Positions 19,216 to 28,814 of a DNA stretch of 64,000 bases are shown here, one piece after another. How positions within the stretch are numbered: position 1 is the first letter of the stretch; each line of letters opens with the position of its first letter. Origin of the DNA: Candidatus Sericytochromatia bacterium (lineage in GTDB: Bacteria; Cyanobacteriota; Sericytochromatia; S15B-MN24; VGJW01); NCBI GenBank assembly GCA_035285865.1, contig JAYKHS010000005.1:32001-96000 (forward strand), written 5' to 3'. A model generated the notes under the pieces. That model saw nothing but the letters and a program-made list of their open reading frames with translations. It was not told the DNA's origin and made no database searches. The position numbers and the translations under genes are program-made.

Positions 19216-20553
19216 TTACCAGAAACGGATGAGGCCCTTCTCCTCCTGGATGCCTCGGATGGCTTGGTCGCTCTTGGAGACCATGACGGCATCGTGGATC
19301 CGGACAGTTGTCCCGGTTCGGACGAGGTTGCCGACCTCGACCTTGGGCTCGGGCAGGTTTTCGAGGTGGGCGCGGACCTGCATGATGCGCTTGGCCGTAT
19401 TCGCCATCTCGAGCTTGATGACCTCGGCCGTCTGCTCCAGCTTTTCCTTCATGGCGGCCTGCTCGGGCGAGAGGCGCTTGAGGCGGGCCAAGATGACCTG
19501 CAACGATTGCAGGCTTTCGTCGATCCGCTCCAAGTTGGCCTTGAAGGTCTTGACTTGTTCCGTCAGTTCGGTCAGTTGGCTGACCCATTTGTCGCGGGGG
19601 GTCAGCAGCACGGTTGTCGGCGTGCCCATTTTGCTGCCGATGGTCTTGACGTTCAGCAGGACATCGACCCGCGTCTCGCCACCGACGAGCGAGCCGGTGA
19701 TGCGGCATTCCCCCCCGACCTCGACATCGCTGAAGAGCAGGTCCTCCTGAACGGTGAGATTGCCTTTGACTCGAGCCTGCGAGCTCTCCATGAAGCTTAT
19801 GAGCATGTCGCCGCCGGACTCCATGACGGCGTTCTGCCGCACGCCCCCGGCCACGATGATGTCCCGCCCGGCCATCACGGTGCCTCCGTCCACGGCGCCC
19901 TTGATCAGGATGTTGCCCGTGGCCTTGACGACGAACTTGTTCTTGACGTCGCCGCGGACCTCGACGTCGCCTTCGAAGTCGATGTTGCCTACGCTGAAGT
20001 CCACGTCGCCGTCCACGACGAAGTTCGTGATGACGTGGATCGCACCGCGCTCCAGCCTCGGCTCACCCTTGCCTGTCGCGACGATCATCAGTTCGTCATC
20101 GGTGAGCATCGTGTTCTTGCCGGCCTTGAGACGGGCTTCGCGAGGCACGCGGGGCGAGAGGTCCTCGCCCGTGACGGCCTTGCCCATCTTGCCGGGTACC
20201 GGGGGAATCTTGCGCGCCAGCACCGTTCCGGCCGGCACGTTGGCCACGACATCCATGTTGAAGTAGTCCACCCGGCCGTCCTCGAGCAGCTTGGGCTTGA
20301 GTTCAGGACGACCGACGCGGAAGAAGTACTCGATTTTGGCGTCTGAACCGTTCACGGGGCCGAATCCACGGGCGACCTCATAGGATCCGGCTGGCGCGAC
20401 CTTGCCCAGACGAGCGATGACGTCCTCGAGCAGACCGAACCGGACGGTGGCGTCGCCAAGCGCCTGGCGGATCTGCTGCTCGGTGGGCTGGATGCCCTGC
20501 GGGATCTGCAGGTAGGCCGTGAGCTTGTCCTTGGAGAGGCGAACCTGAAGCAT
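19216..20553 (-). CDS. DUF342/FapA flagellar assembly-associated protein
   Basis: LSKDKLTAYL, DGRVDY, GDVDFSVGNIDFEGDV, C-terminal coiled coil. Confidence 0.88.
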   Translation of the reverse strand: MLQVRLSKDKLTAYLQIPQGIQPTEQQIRQALGDATVRFGLLEDVIARLGKVAPAGSYEVARGFGPVNGSDAKIEYFFRVGRPELKPKLLEDGRVDYFNMDVVANVPAGTVLARKIPPVPGKMGKAVTGEDLSPRVPREARLKAGKNTMLTDDELMIVATGKGEPRLERGAIHVITNFVVDGDVDFSVGNIDFEGDVEVRGDVKNKFVVKATGNILIKGAVDGGTVMAGRDIIVAGGVRQNAVMESGGDMLISFMESSQARVKGNLTVQEDLLFSDVEVGGECRITGSLVGGETRVDVLLNVKTIGSKMGTPTTVLLTPRDKWVSQLTELTEQVKTFKANLERIDESLQSLQVILARLKRLSPEQAAMKEKLEQTAEVIKLEMANTAKRIMQVRAHLENLPEPKVEVGNLVRTGTTVRIHDAVMVSKSDQAIRGIQEEKGLIRFW

Positions 20554-20557
20554 CGGG

Positions 20558-21295
20558 TTATCCGACCAGCCTGCGATAAAGACGGGCCACGGCGTTGACG
20601 GCATCGTCGCGGTCCGGTCCGTCCAGTTCCTCGATCATCCGCGAAAGATCCGCGATGACCCGGTCCCAGGGTGCCTCGACACGTTCCGCACGCGTCGAAC
20701 CCCAGGGGCTGTGCGGCATTGCGTCATGCTCGATGACATCCTGATCCATGGCCACGGTCTGGTCGTCCGCGAAGCGATCCGGTCCCTCCCAAGGCATGCC
20801 ACCGCCGTCATAGGTCTCCGAGAGGCTGCGCACCCGGGGTTCCCGTCCCAGGCGTTCATCGACCATGCGGGATAACTCCCGGACCGGAATATCTGTCAGC
20901 GGCCGTTCACCCTCCCCGGTTGGAAAGAGGCCCTTCTCTAGAATGTCCCGCTGCATCTCGGGGTCGTCGAGGCGCGCGACCTGGACAAGCTTGGAGATTT
21001 CCGTGTCGCCAGGTGGCAGCAGATCGGGCGTCATCCCGACGCGGTCGAACATCCGCCCGACCTTGGCCAGCTGGAAGATGAATGAACGACTGAACTGCAG
21101 CCGCTTGCTGCCGACCCAGGCCTCGAAGGTTTCATGACCGAGGGCCTGATAGACCTTGTCCTCGCGGATCCGGTGGATCAGGCTCGCAAGACGTGTCAGC
21201 GGCTGCTGGACGACGGCAACCAGCGCATCGACCTCGCGGTCGAGGCGCTCTGCCTCGTCGCGGGTGGCCAAGGCCGCGGCGCTCGTGTCCTCCAT
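20558..21295 (-). CDS. Hypothetical, possibly DNA-binding/partition-like protein
   Basis: IREDKVYQALGHETFEAW..FSRSFIFQL pattern; closely packed in operon. Confidence 0.6.
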   Translation of the reverse strand: MEDTSAAALATRDEAERLDREVDALVAVVQQPLTRLASLIHRIREDKVYQALGHETFEAWVGSKRLQFSRSFIFQLAKVGRMFDRVGMTPDLLPPGDTEISKLVQVARLDDPEMQRDILEKGLFPTGEGERPLTDIPVRELSRMVDERLGREPRVRSLSETYDGGGMPWEGPDRFADDQTVAMDQDVIEHDAMPHSPWGSTRAERVEAPWDRVIADLSRMIEELDGPDRDDAVNAVARLYRRLVG

Positions 21296-21325
21296 CAGTC
21301 CCGATCGTACTCCATGGGGCCGGCT

Positions 21326-22717
21326 TCAGGAGCGCTTGCCGAGGTAGCGTGCCGCCAGATCGGCAGGTACGCCGTTGGCGCGTGTCATGGTTCGGAAGAC
21401 ATCCACGGCCGGCGTCGGATGTCGGACCAAGGCCGGATCGTTGCCGTCAAGACGGTAGAGTCCGAACGTGGGTGCCCAGGTCCCGATCTCCCAGTTGTCC
21501 GACAGGGTCCAGTAGCAGTATCCGATCACCTTGGCCCCGTCGCGAACCGCCCGGGCCAGGGCGTGCACATGGTTGACGAGATAGGCCTCGCGACTCCACC
21601 CATCCGGTCGGGGTTGGCCCCGGTGAGTGGCCATGCCGTTCTCGGCAACGAGAAGGGGCAGGCCGTAGCGGCGGTGCAGCAGCATCGTGGCGTCGTACAT
21701 GCCTTCCGGGTGGACGGGCCACCGCCATTGGGTCGTGACCGTGCCCAGCTCATCGATGGCCGCCGCGTAGTAGTAGTCGAAGGCGATGTAGTCCATGGTG
21801 CGTCGCGGAGCGGCCTCGGGGTCGTCTTTCCAGGCCATCAGGGCATCCGCGAACTTGTCGGTGGGATCGTCGATGGGGACCATCCGGGTCGTGGCCTTGC
21901 CGCTGCGGCGCATGAACATGAAGAGGTTGGTCGAGACCCGCGCCGCGGCATCCTCGGCGTGCAGCGCGTCATAGGCGGCGGCGTGCGCCGCGGCCATGTG
22001 GTTGAGTGCGCGGGCGAAGGACACCGGATTCACCTGACCCGGTGGGATGATGCCCACGAGGTAGCCATTGAGGGCTTCCATGTTTGCTTCGTTGATCGTG
22101 AGCCAGATGATGCCCCGGCCCTTGAGTGCCTTGGCAACCACTCCGGCATAGCGCGCGAAGGCCTGCACCACGCCGGGACGTTCCCACCCCTTGCCACCGT
22201 CGCCATCGGGCAACAGGGACAGCGGCGGATCGTAGAAGGGCGCCCTCCCCTTGCGCGCGGTGTAGGGCAGGCTGGTCGAGTCGACCCACGCCGGATAGGA
22301 GAAGTGATACAGCGTGACGATCGGCTGCAGGCCTTTCTGCCGACAGTGGTCAAGAACCTTGGCATATCGCGCAAGGGCTGCATGGTCGAAGACGCCCGGA
22401 CGGGGCTCGATGCGCGACCACTCGAGGCTCATTCTGAATGCGTTGGCACCGGATGCAGCGGCCAGATTGACGTCTTCCTCGTAGCGCTCCCACGAGGCCG
22501 TGGCCCTTCCTGCCGGTTCCTTGGCGCGGCCGGCACGTTCGAAGTTCCGCCAGGCCGAACTCTCGAGGCCGTCCTCATTCTGGATGGCTGCCATGGCCAC
22601 GCCCCAGAGAAAGCCCTTCTGGAAGCCGATTTCCCCGGGCTGGGCGTCGGCAGGCCCCGCCGCCACGAGGCCCGTTGTCACGAGGCATGGCAGGATTCGG
22701 CGCAAGAATGATGGCAT
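21326..22717 (-). CDS. Secreted glycoside hydrolase family 1
   Basis: FLWGVA, FRMSLEWSRIEP, TLYHF, TINEA (acid/base), VAENG (nucleophile), DNWE; signal peptide. Confidence 0.9.
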   Translation of the reverse strand: MPSFLRRILPCLVTTGLVAAGPADAQPGEIGFQKGFLWGVAMAAIQNEDGLESSAWRNFERAGRAKEPAGRATASWERYEEDVNLAAASGANAFRMSLEWSRIEPRPGVFDHAALARYAKVLDHCRQKGLQPIVTLYHFSYPAWVDSTSLPYTARKGRAPFYDPPLSLLPDGDGGKGWERPGVVQAFARYAGVVAKALKGRGIIWLTINEANMEALNGYLVGIIPPGQVNPVSFARALNHMAAAHAAAYDALHAEDAAARVSTNLFMFMRRSGKATTRMVPIDDPTDKFADALMAWKDDPEAAPRRTMDYIAFDYYYAAAIDELGTVTTQWRWPVHPEGMYDATMLLHRRYGLPLLVAENGMATHRGQPRPDGWSREAYLVNHVHALARAVRDGAKVIGYCYWTLSDNWEIGTWAPTFGLYRLDGNDPALVRHPTPAVDVFRTMTRANGVPADLAARYLGKRS

Positions 22718-24144
22718 CAGGGGCGTGTGGATGGGCGTGGGTGCTGCTCGAGCAAGGCGGGGGGCACGTCGTTGGCGGTAGCGATGGCCTTGTAGGCTTC
22801 CACAGCCGCGGTGGCTTTGCGTCTCAGGAGCGGATCCCGTGGATCCACTTCGTAGAGGCCGAACCTTGGACGATAGCTGCCCCATTCATAGTTGTCGAGC
22901 AGCGACCAGTGGATGTAGCCGAGGCAGGGGACGCCTTCAGCGATGGCCCGGCGAACTTGGTCGACGTGGTGGACGAGAAACGCTTCGCGCGTCCAGCCGT
23001 CGGCCCGCGGCTTGCCATCGTCGGTGGCCATGCCGTTTTCGGCGATGAGCAGCGGCAGGCCCGTCCGGCTTGCGTGGACCTTCATGGCGGACAGCAGGCC
23101 TTCCGGACGCAGGGCCCACTCCCATTGGCGGGCCATGCGCTGCACTTCGGTCCAGCGCCAGGCGTAGTAGTAGTCGAAGGCCATGTAGTCCAGTTTTCGG
23201 CTGCCCCTGCCCAGCACGGCCCCCCCCAACATCAGGTCCAGGCCTTGCCAGCTCAGCAACTGCCCCAGCATCTCCCGACTCGAATCTCCGGGGAAGACCG
23301 CAGCAGGATCCGACACGTGCGTCAGATCGAAGAAGTTCGTCGACACGAGGGCGTCGGGGTCCTCCTCGTGAATGGCGTCATAGGCCAGAACATGGCCGAG
23401 TGTCAGGTGGCGGGTGACGGCAGCCGCAGCACCGGGGTTCACCTTGCCGGGCGGGAAGACTCCGGTCAGGTAGCCGAGGATGACCTGGGTGTTCGGCTCG
23501 TTCAGGGTGATCCAGTAGCGGACATCCCTACCGAACTCCCGAGCGGCGAAGCGGGCGAATTGCTCGAAGGCCGCCGCGGTGTGCAGGTCCTCCCAGCCAG
23601 GGTAGCCCCCGGTGCCCTGCTTGTAGGTGTCCAGCCAGGCGGGGTAGGCGAAGTGGTGCAGCGTCACGACGGGTTCGAGACCCTTGGCCTTTGCCGCGCG
23701 GATCATCGCGCGGTAGCGCTCGATGGCTGCGCCGTCGAGGACGCCCGGCCGCGGTTCGATTCGGGCCCATTCGAGCGAGAAGCGAAATGCATTGAGACCC
23801 ATGCCCCGTGCCAGGTCGAAGTCTTCGGCGTACCGGTTCCACGAGTCCGTCGCGCGACCGGGGAGCGCCGTCGTCCGACCGGCCTCGGCCCAGGCCGCCC
23901 AGTTGGAGACCTTGTCGTGACCTTCTACCTGATGGCCCGCCGTCGCGACCCCCCAAAGGAAGCCTTGCGGGAAGCGACCCCGGGAGATGCCGGGCTGCTC
24001 CTGCTTCGGTTCACCCGGCTGGACAGGCTGTTGCTGCCCCGGCAGGAGCCCCGAGGGCCGCTGGGTACAGGCTTGGGACAGCAACAGGAAGCAAGCCTGT
24101 GCGGCCAGGGCCACCAGGCATCGCGTACGGAGCCGGTCAGTCAT
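22717..24144 (-). CDS. Glycoside hydrolase family 1 lipoprotein
   Basis: FLWGVATAGHQVEG, TLNEP, IAENG, WSLLDNYEW; lipobox-like SQAC. Confidence 0.92.
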   Translation of the reverse strand: MTDRLRTRCLVALAAQACFLLLSQACTQRPSGLLPGQQQPVQPGEPKQEQPGISRGRFPQGFLWGVATAGHQVEGHDKVSNWAAWAEAGRTTALPGRATDSWNRYAEDFDLARGMGLNAFRFSLEWARIEPRPGVLDGAAIERYRAMIRAAKAKGLEPVVTLHHFAYPAWLDTYKQGTGGYPGWEDLHTAAAFEQFARFAAREFGRDVRYWITLNEPNTQVILGYLTGVFPPGKVNPGAAAAVTRHLTLGHVLAYDAIHEEDPDALVSTNFFDLTHVSDPAAVFPGDSSREMLGQLLSWQGLDLMLGGAVLGRGSRKLDYMAFDYYYAWRWTEVQRMARQWEWALRPEGLLSAMKVHASRTGLPLLIAENGMATDDGKPRADGWTREAFLVHHVDQVRRAIAEGVPCLGYIHWSLLDNYEWGSYRPRFGLYEVDPRDPLLRRKATAAVEAYKAIATANDVPPALLEQHPRPSTRP

Positions 24145-24191
24145 GGAGGGACTTTCCATGGGCATCGCCTGCTGAGTCATGCAGCTTGCGT

Positions 24192-25118
24192 TCAGGGCAG
24201 GACAGCCCGCATGTGGACCGTGCGCGTTGCCGTGGCCAGCCAGATTCCTCCCGTTCCATCCGGACACAGGGCTGTCGCCGGCTCCTCGAGTTCGAGCAGG
24301 ACGCGGCTTCCGGCGCCCCGCCACCCGAGCAGTGTCTTGCCGCGAGCGGCCAGGAGGGTGCCGTCGGAAAGCCAGGCGAGACCCGAGATCCGGGTTTCCC
24401 GCCAGAGGGCAATCGTGTCGCCTGGGCCGCTGACGACCACGCCGTGCACGTCGTCGGCAACGGCCACACGTTCGCCGGGGCCGGCTGCGACGGCGCCAGG
24501 CGCAGGCAGGGGCAGGCGAAGTGGCGAGGGGGCGTCCGGCCAGATTCCCTTGAGACCCGACCCCAGCACCGTATCGATACGTCCTTCCGAGTCCACCCGG
24601 CGTACGCGCCGGAACCCGGGATCCGCGATCCACGTTTCCCGGCCGGCCACGGCAAGGGCTGCAGGGCGCGAGAGTTGTGCGCCGACGGCCCGAGCGCGGT
24701 CCCCGATCGGCTGGAAGTCCGTGCCTGAACCGGCGAAGGCCGTGGCCTCCCCCGTGCTCCCGGGGGCCACGCGCCATACACGGTGGTGTTCGGGATCGGC
24801 GACAAGCATGGCGCCGTCGGTCGTCAAGGCGAGTCCGCTCGGCTTGCCCACGCGGCCAGGCAGGCTCCACGGTCGCGTGGCCGGTTCCCGGACATCCTGC
24901 CTCAGATCGGCCAGCCATAGACCTTTCGCGTCATCCAGGCCAACGACCCGGGAGGTGTCCGCAGCCAGCAGGGAGGCTCCTGCAGCCACGCTGTGCGCCG
25001 CGATCAGCCCGGGCCACGCCGGTTCGCCCGAGCGGCATCCGGCGAGCACCAGCAGCGTCGACGTCACGACGGACGCTTGCAGACCGACGGTGCACTTGGC
25101 GGCGCGGAAAGATGTCAT
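24192..25118 (-). CDS. NHL-repeat beta-propeller lipoprotein
   Basis: LAGC lipobox; PSGLAL..LVADPEHHRV and LSRPAALAV..IADPGFRRVRRV repeats. Confidence 0.8.
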   Translation of the reverse strand: MTSFRAAKCTVGLQASVVTSTLLVLAGCRSGEPAWPGLIAAHSVAAGASLLAADTSRVVGLDDAKGLWLADLRQDVREPATRPWSLPGRVGKPSGLALTTDGAMLVADPEHHRVWRVAPGSTGEATAFAGSGTDFQPIGDRARAVGAQLSRPAALAVAGRETWIADPGFRRVRRVDSEGRIDTVLGSGLKGIWPDAPSPLRLPLPAPGAVAAGPGERVAVADDVHGVVVSGPGDTIALWRETRISGLAWLSDGTLLAARGKTLLGWRGAGSRVLLELEEPATALCPDGTGGIWLATATRTVHMRAVLP

Positions 25119-25222
25119 GCGCCCGATCCTAACAGGCTCCTCCCGCATGGTGGCCCTTCACGCCCATCACGGGCTATATTGGACAAGACACTTGGTCTTT
25201 TCGGGGGAGGTCTTACGGTCGC

Positions 25223-26257
25223 ATGGAGCCCGTCACGCTTGGCGTCGACCTCGGTCGCAGCGAGATCCGCCTCTTCGACGGAGAGACGACGCTTCGTCAT
25301 CCGGCACTTGCCGGCGGTCCGGTGCGCTCCATGGCGCGGGGTTCTGCACGGATCCTCGAGGAACAACCCGAAGATCACATGACGGTGCGCATCGGGCGCC
25401 TGACCCACACGCTCGGGCGCATGGCCCTTGAGCAGCCGATGGTTTTCCCCGCCTCGGGTGTCGATCTCTTCGAGGACGGCCTTGCATGGGTGCATCTGCT
25501 CGGGGCCCTGGGGCTGTTGGCCCGTCACCACCGGACACAGGGCACGTTCCGGGTCCGTCTCGGACTTGCCGTGCCGCAACTGAACGCGCGTCGCGACGAA
25601 GCCTTGCACGCGGCCATCGACACGTGGCGTGGCGTTCATCGGTATGAGTTCTGCGGGCAGCCCATGGCGGTGGCCATCGAGCAGATCGACGTATTGCCAC
25701 GCACGCTCGCTTCGGTCTACGCCGCCACCATGGACGGCGTGATCGATCCCGGTCCTGACACCACGCTGGGCGTCATCGATGCAGGCCACGTCGCCACGGA
25801 CTGGATGGTGGCACGCCTGCCGCGCGAGCTGCCTCGCTTCGGTGGTTTCACGCAGGCGGTCGCAGGCATTCGCCTCGTCGAGGCCGTCGAGGAGGCCCTG
25901 CTGGATGCCGGCATCGTGCGCATCAATCCGCTGGCTGCCCTCGGGGCCGCCCTCGAGGGAGCCTATGTCGATGGCCGGGTCCGCGTCGATCTGCCCGAAG
26001 GCCTCCTTGACGAGATGCTCGAGCTGATGGCGCAGCAGTTGGCCTTGACCCTGCGCCAGGCTTGGCGTGACCTTTCGGTGGATCAGGTGTTGTTGACGGG
26101 CGGCCTCGGTGCTCGCCTCGCGCCCTGGCTCGAGGGTCACAAGGCCTTGCCCGATGTGCTGCTTGCGGCCGAGCCCCGCCATGGCGTCGCCCAAGGGGCT
26201 TACCACTTCGAGTTCCGGCAGCCTGGTTCGGAATCGGCTGCTCCGGTCGAGGCCTGA
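25223..26257 (+). CDS. ParM/StbA-family actin-like protein
   Basis: LGVDLG, LGLAVP, GVIDAGHVATD, LLTGGLG actin-fold motifs. Confidence 0.8.
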   Translation: MEPVTLGVDLGRSEIRLFDGETTLRHPALAGGPVRSMARGSARILEEQPEDHMTVRIGRLTHTLGRMALEQPMVFPASGVDLFEDGLAWVHLLGALGLLARHHRTQGTFRVRLGLAVPQLNARRDEALHAAIDTWRGVHRYEFCGQPMAVAIEQIDVLPRTLASVYAATMDGVIDPGPDTTLGVIDAGHVATDWMVARLPRELPRFGGFTQAVAGIRLVEAVEEALLDAGIVRINPLAALGAALEGAYVDGRVRVDLPEGLLDEMLELMAQQLALTLRQAWRDLSVDQVLLTGGLGARLAPWLEGHKALPDVLLAAEPRHGVAQGAYHFEFRQPGSESAAPVEA

Positions 26258-26263
26258 TCCCGC

Positions 26264-27412
26264 GTGTTCCGGGACCTGCAGCGCCAGCTGGGGGAAATCC
26301 TGGGGCGAACGCCCGACCCGCTGGGTGCCATCACGCCCGAGCAGCTCAAGGTCGTGCTCCGGAACATCGAGACGCGTTACCACGACTTGCGCGAGGAGAA
26401 CGGCCGATTGCGGCGTCAGGCCGAGGAATCGCGGGCCGTGGCCGAGCGGCTCGAGACCGAGCGTGATGTCGCTCGCCGCGAGGCCGAGCGGGGTCCCGAG
26501 GCGATGTTGTCCCGCATGGCCGAGATGCAGCGGGAACTGGTCGCCGCAAGGGACGGTCAGGAACAGCTGGCGCTCGAGGTTGCCCAGTTCCGCCAGTTGC
26601 TGGTCGATGCCGATGCACTGAAGGATCAGGCGCTTGCCGATGCGCGCGGCATGGAGGATCGGGTCCGGGCTCTCGAGGCGGAGCGGGACCGGCTCCTCGT
26701 GGCGCTGGAACGAGCCGAGGAGGCGCGCGACGAATCACAGGGGGCGAGCGTGGCGATGCGCGAGGACCTCGAAGGAGCGCGGGAGGAGACCGTTCGTCTT
26801 GGCGTACGCGTCAGAGACCTCGAGGCTGCGCTCGAGGCTTGCGAGGAGGCCGTGGCGACAGAGCGGGAGGGTCGCGACGCAGCCCTTCGCCTGTTGGCTG
26901 CCGATCCCGAGAAAGAGGCACTCAAGGAACAGGTGCGCGAGCTTGAAGCGCGGGTGCTGTCGCTCGAGTCCGAGCAGATCGAACGAGAGACGGCACTGGC
27001 CGAGGCACTGAGCGCACGGGACGAGGTTCGTGAGGCCGAGGACCCGGGTGCGAGCCGGGAGCTCGAGGAGCGGCTGGCCGTGGCCGAGGGGGAACGGGAT
27101 GCCTTGGGCCGCATCGTCGAGACCTTGCGTGGCGAGCAGGAGCGTCTGACGGCCGAGATGCGTCGCCTGGGCGAGGACCATGGAGACATCCAGGCGCGGA
27201 TGTCCGACCTGTCCTTGCGGACGCGCCGCGTGCCCGATCCGTCTGTTCCGCCGGGCGACGTGGGTGAACTGCGTCGGCAGATGGAGGATTTGGGGCACAA
27301 ACTGGATAGGATGGTTCAGCAGCGTGGCCCCGAGCGTGGCCGTCAGCGGGCTTCGCGCCCTGAGGCGGGCGCGGATCCCGCACGCAAATTGGACTGGTTG
27401 ATGGGGCGCTGA
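26264..27412 (+). CDS. Long coiled-coil protein, DivIVA/GpsB-like N-terminus
   Basis: [27 protein letters not shown]; heptad E/A/R/L-rich throughout. Confidence 0.7.
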   Translation: MFRDLQRQLGEILGRTPDPLGAITPEQLKVVLRNIETRYHDLREENGRLRRQAEESRAVAERLETERDVARREAERGPEAMLSRMAEMQRELVAARDGQEQLALEVAQFRQLLVDADALKDQALADARGMEDRVRALEAERDRLLVALERAEEARDESQGASVAMREDLEGAREETVRLGVRVRDLEAALEACEEAVATEREGRDAALRLLAADPEKEALKEQVRELEARVLSLESEQIERETALAEALSARDEVREAEDPGASRELEERLAVAEGERDALGRIVETLRGEQERLTAEMRRLGEDHGDIQARMSDLSLRTRRVPDPSVPPGDVGELRRQMEDLGHKLDRMVQQRGPERGRQRASRPEAGADPARKLDWLMGR

Positions 27413-27414
27413 GC

Positions 27415-27960
27415 GTGCGTCCCGAGGGGCTCGACCACGTCCTTGGTCGCATTCGCGATCTGGAGGATCGACTGGGGCTGGGACAGCGGCCCGAGGCCCG
27501 TGCAGGTGCGACCTTGGCCCCGTCCGGCAGGGCTCCGGCCCCTGGCACCTTGCCTCCGATGCAGGGTGCGGGTGCCTTCCGGGATGCGATTGCTGCGGCG
27601 GCACGCCACCAGGGCGTGGACCCGCGGTTGCTCGAAGCCGTGGTCGAGGCCGAGTCCGGGGGCAATCCCTCGGCCGTCTCCTCCAAGGGTGCGATGGGCC
27701 TCATGCAGCTCATGCCGAGTACTGCCCGGGCGCTGGGAGTCTCCCGTCCCCTCGATCCCGTCCAGAATCTGGAGGGTGGGGCTCGCTATCTCGCGGAACA
27801 ACTGCGCAACTTCGGGTCCGTCGAGCAGGCGCTAGCTGCCTACAACGCCGGCCCTCAGGCCGTGCGTCGCCACGGGGGCGTTCCGCCCTACCCCGAGACG
27901 AACAACTATGTGACGAAGATCATGGAGCGGATGCGCGCAACAGAGCCTGATTCCCGCTAA
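27415..27960 (+). CDS. Lytic transglycosylase (SLT domain)
   Basis: [40 protein letters not shown]. Confidence 0.93.
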   Translation: MRPEGLDHVLGRIRDLEDRLGLGQRPEARAGATLAPSGRAPAPGTLPPMQGAGAFRDAIAAAARHQGVDPRLLEAVVEAESGGNPSAVSSKGAMGLMQLMPSTARALGVSRPLDPVQNLEGGARYLAEQLRNFGSVEQALAAYNAGPQAVRRHGGVPPYPETNNYVTKIMERMRATEPDSR

Positions 27961-27985
27961 AGTCCCCCTGCAGGTCTGCCGAACA
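27958..27985 (+). promoter_or_regulatory. Sigma28-type promoter upstream of flgF
   Basis: TAAAG-N15-GCCGAACA. Confidence 0.7.
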
Positions 27986-28021
27986 TAAAACCGTTCGCAC
28001 GACTTATGTCAGGGAGGTCCG

Positions 28022-28786
28022 ATGATCCGGGGCATCTACACGGCAGCATCCGCGATGCTGGTCCAGATGGGGCTCCAGGACGTCGTCGGCAACAACCTGG
28101 CCAACGCCAACACCACCGCCTACAAGCGGGACGAGGTGTCCTTCAAGGCGCGGATCGACAAGACGATGTACCGCGTGGGCATGGCTCCCGGCGGTCCGGT
28201 TGATGGGCGCAGCCTCATCGGCAAGCTCTCGACAGGCTCGCAGGTGGCCGAGATCCGGCCGAACTTGGCGCAAGGCGAGCTGCGGCCCACCGACAATCCG
28301 CTGGATCTGGGTATCCGGGGCAAGGGCTTCTTTCTCGTCGAGAACGACAACGGGGAGCAGTTCCTGACCAGGGCCGGAAACTTCCTGGTGGATCGGGAGC
28401 GCAATCTCGTGGACGCTACGGGAGCCCGCGTGGTGGGTGACGGAGGGCCGCTCGTGATGCCCGAGCGCGCGACGGTGCTCATCAGTCAGGAAGGCGTCAT
28501 CACCGCAGGTTCCAAGGTCGTCGGCAGGCTTGCCATCCGCGAGGTGGCGCGCCCTGCCGAGCAGCTCGAGAAGGTGGGCGTCGGGCGTTTTCGTCTGAAA
28601 GCCGGCGAGATGGTCGCCAGTCGCTCCGAAGTGCATCAGGGTTACCTGGAGGCGTCGGACGTCTCGCCGACGCATGAGATGGTCAAGATGGTCACGGCGA
28701 TGCGGTCCTACGAGAGTTCGTCCAAGGCGATGCAGACGCACGACGAACTGCTGGGCAAGGCCGTCAACGAGTTGGGCAGGGTCTAG
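28022..28786 (+). CDS. flgF: Flagellar basal-body rod protein FlgF
   Basis: NNLANANTTAYK, TDNPLDL, LTRAGNF, QGYLEAS. Confidence 0.85.
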   Translation: MIRGIYTAASAMLVQMGLQDVVGNNLANANTTAYKRDEVSFKARIDKTMYRVGMAPGGPVDGRSLIGKLSTGSQVAEIRPNLAQGELRPTDNPLDLGIRGKGFFLVENDNGEQFLTRAGNFLVDRERNLVDATGARVVGDGGPLVMPERATVLISQEGVITAGSKVVGRLAIREVARPAEQLEKVGVGRFRLKAGEMVASRSEVHQGYLEASDVSPTHEMVKMVTAMRSYESSSKAMQTHDELLGKAVNELGRV

Positions 28787-28814
28787 GACCCGAAGGTCAG
28801 GGAGAACCACCGCC

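Noticed and set aside
22675..25431. 918-aa plus-strand ORF
   Set aside because: Antisense to GH1 and NHL genes; composition typical of shadow ORFs
25223..26257. Plasmid partition system (ParMRC)
   Set aside because: No ParR-like gene or centromere repeats; chromosomal housekeeping context
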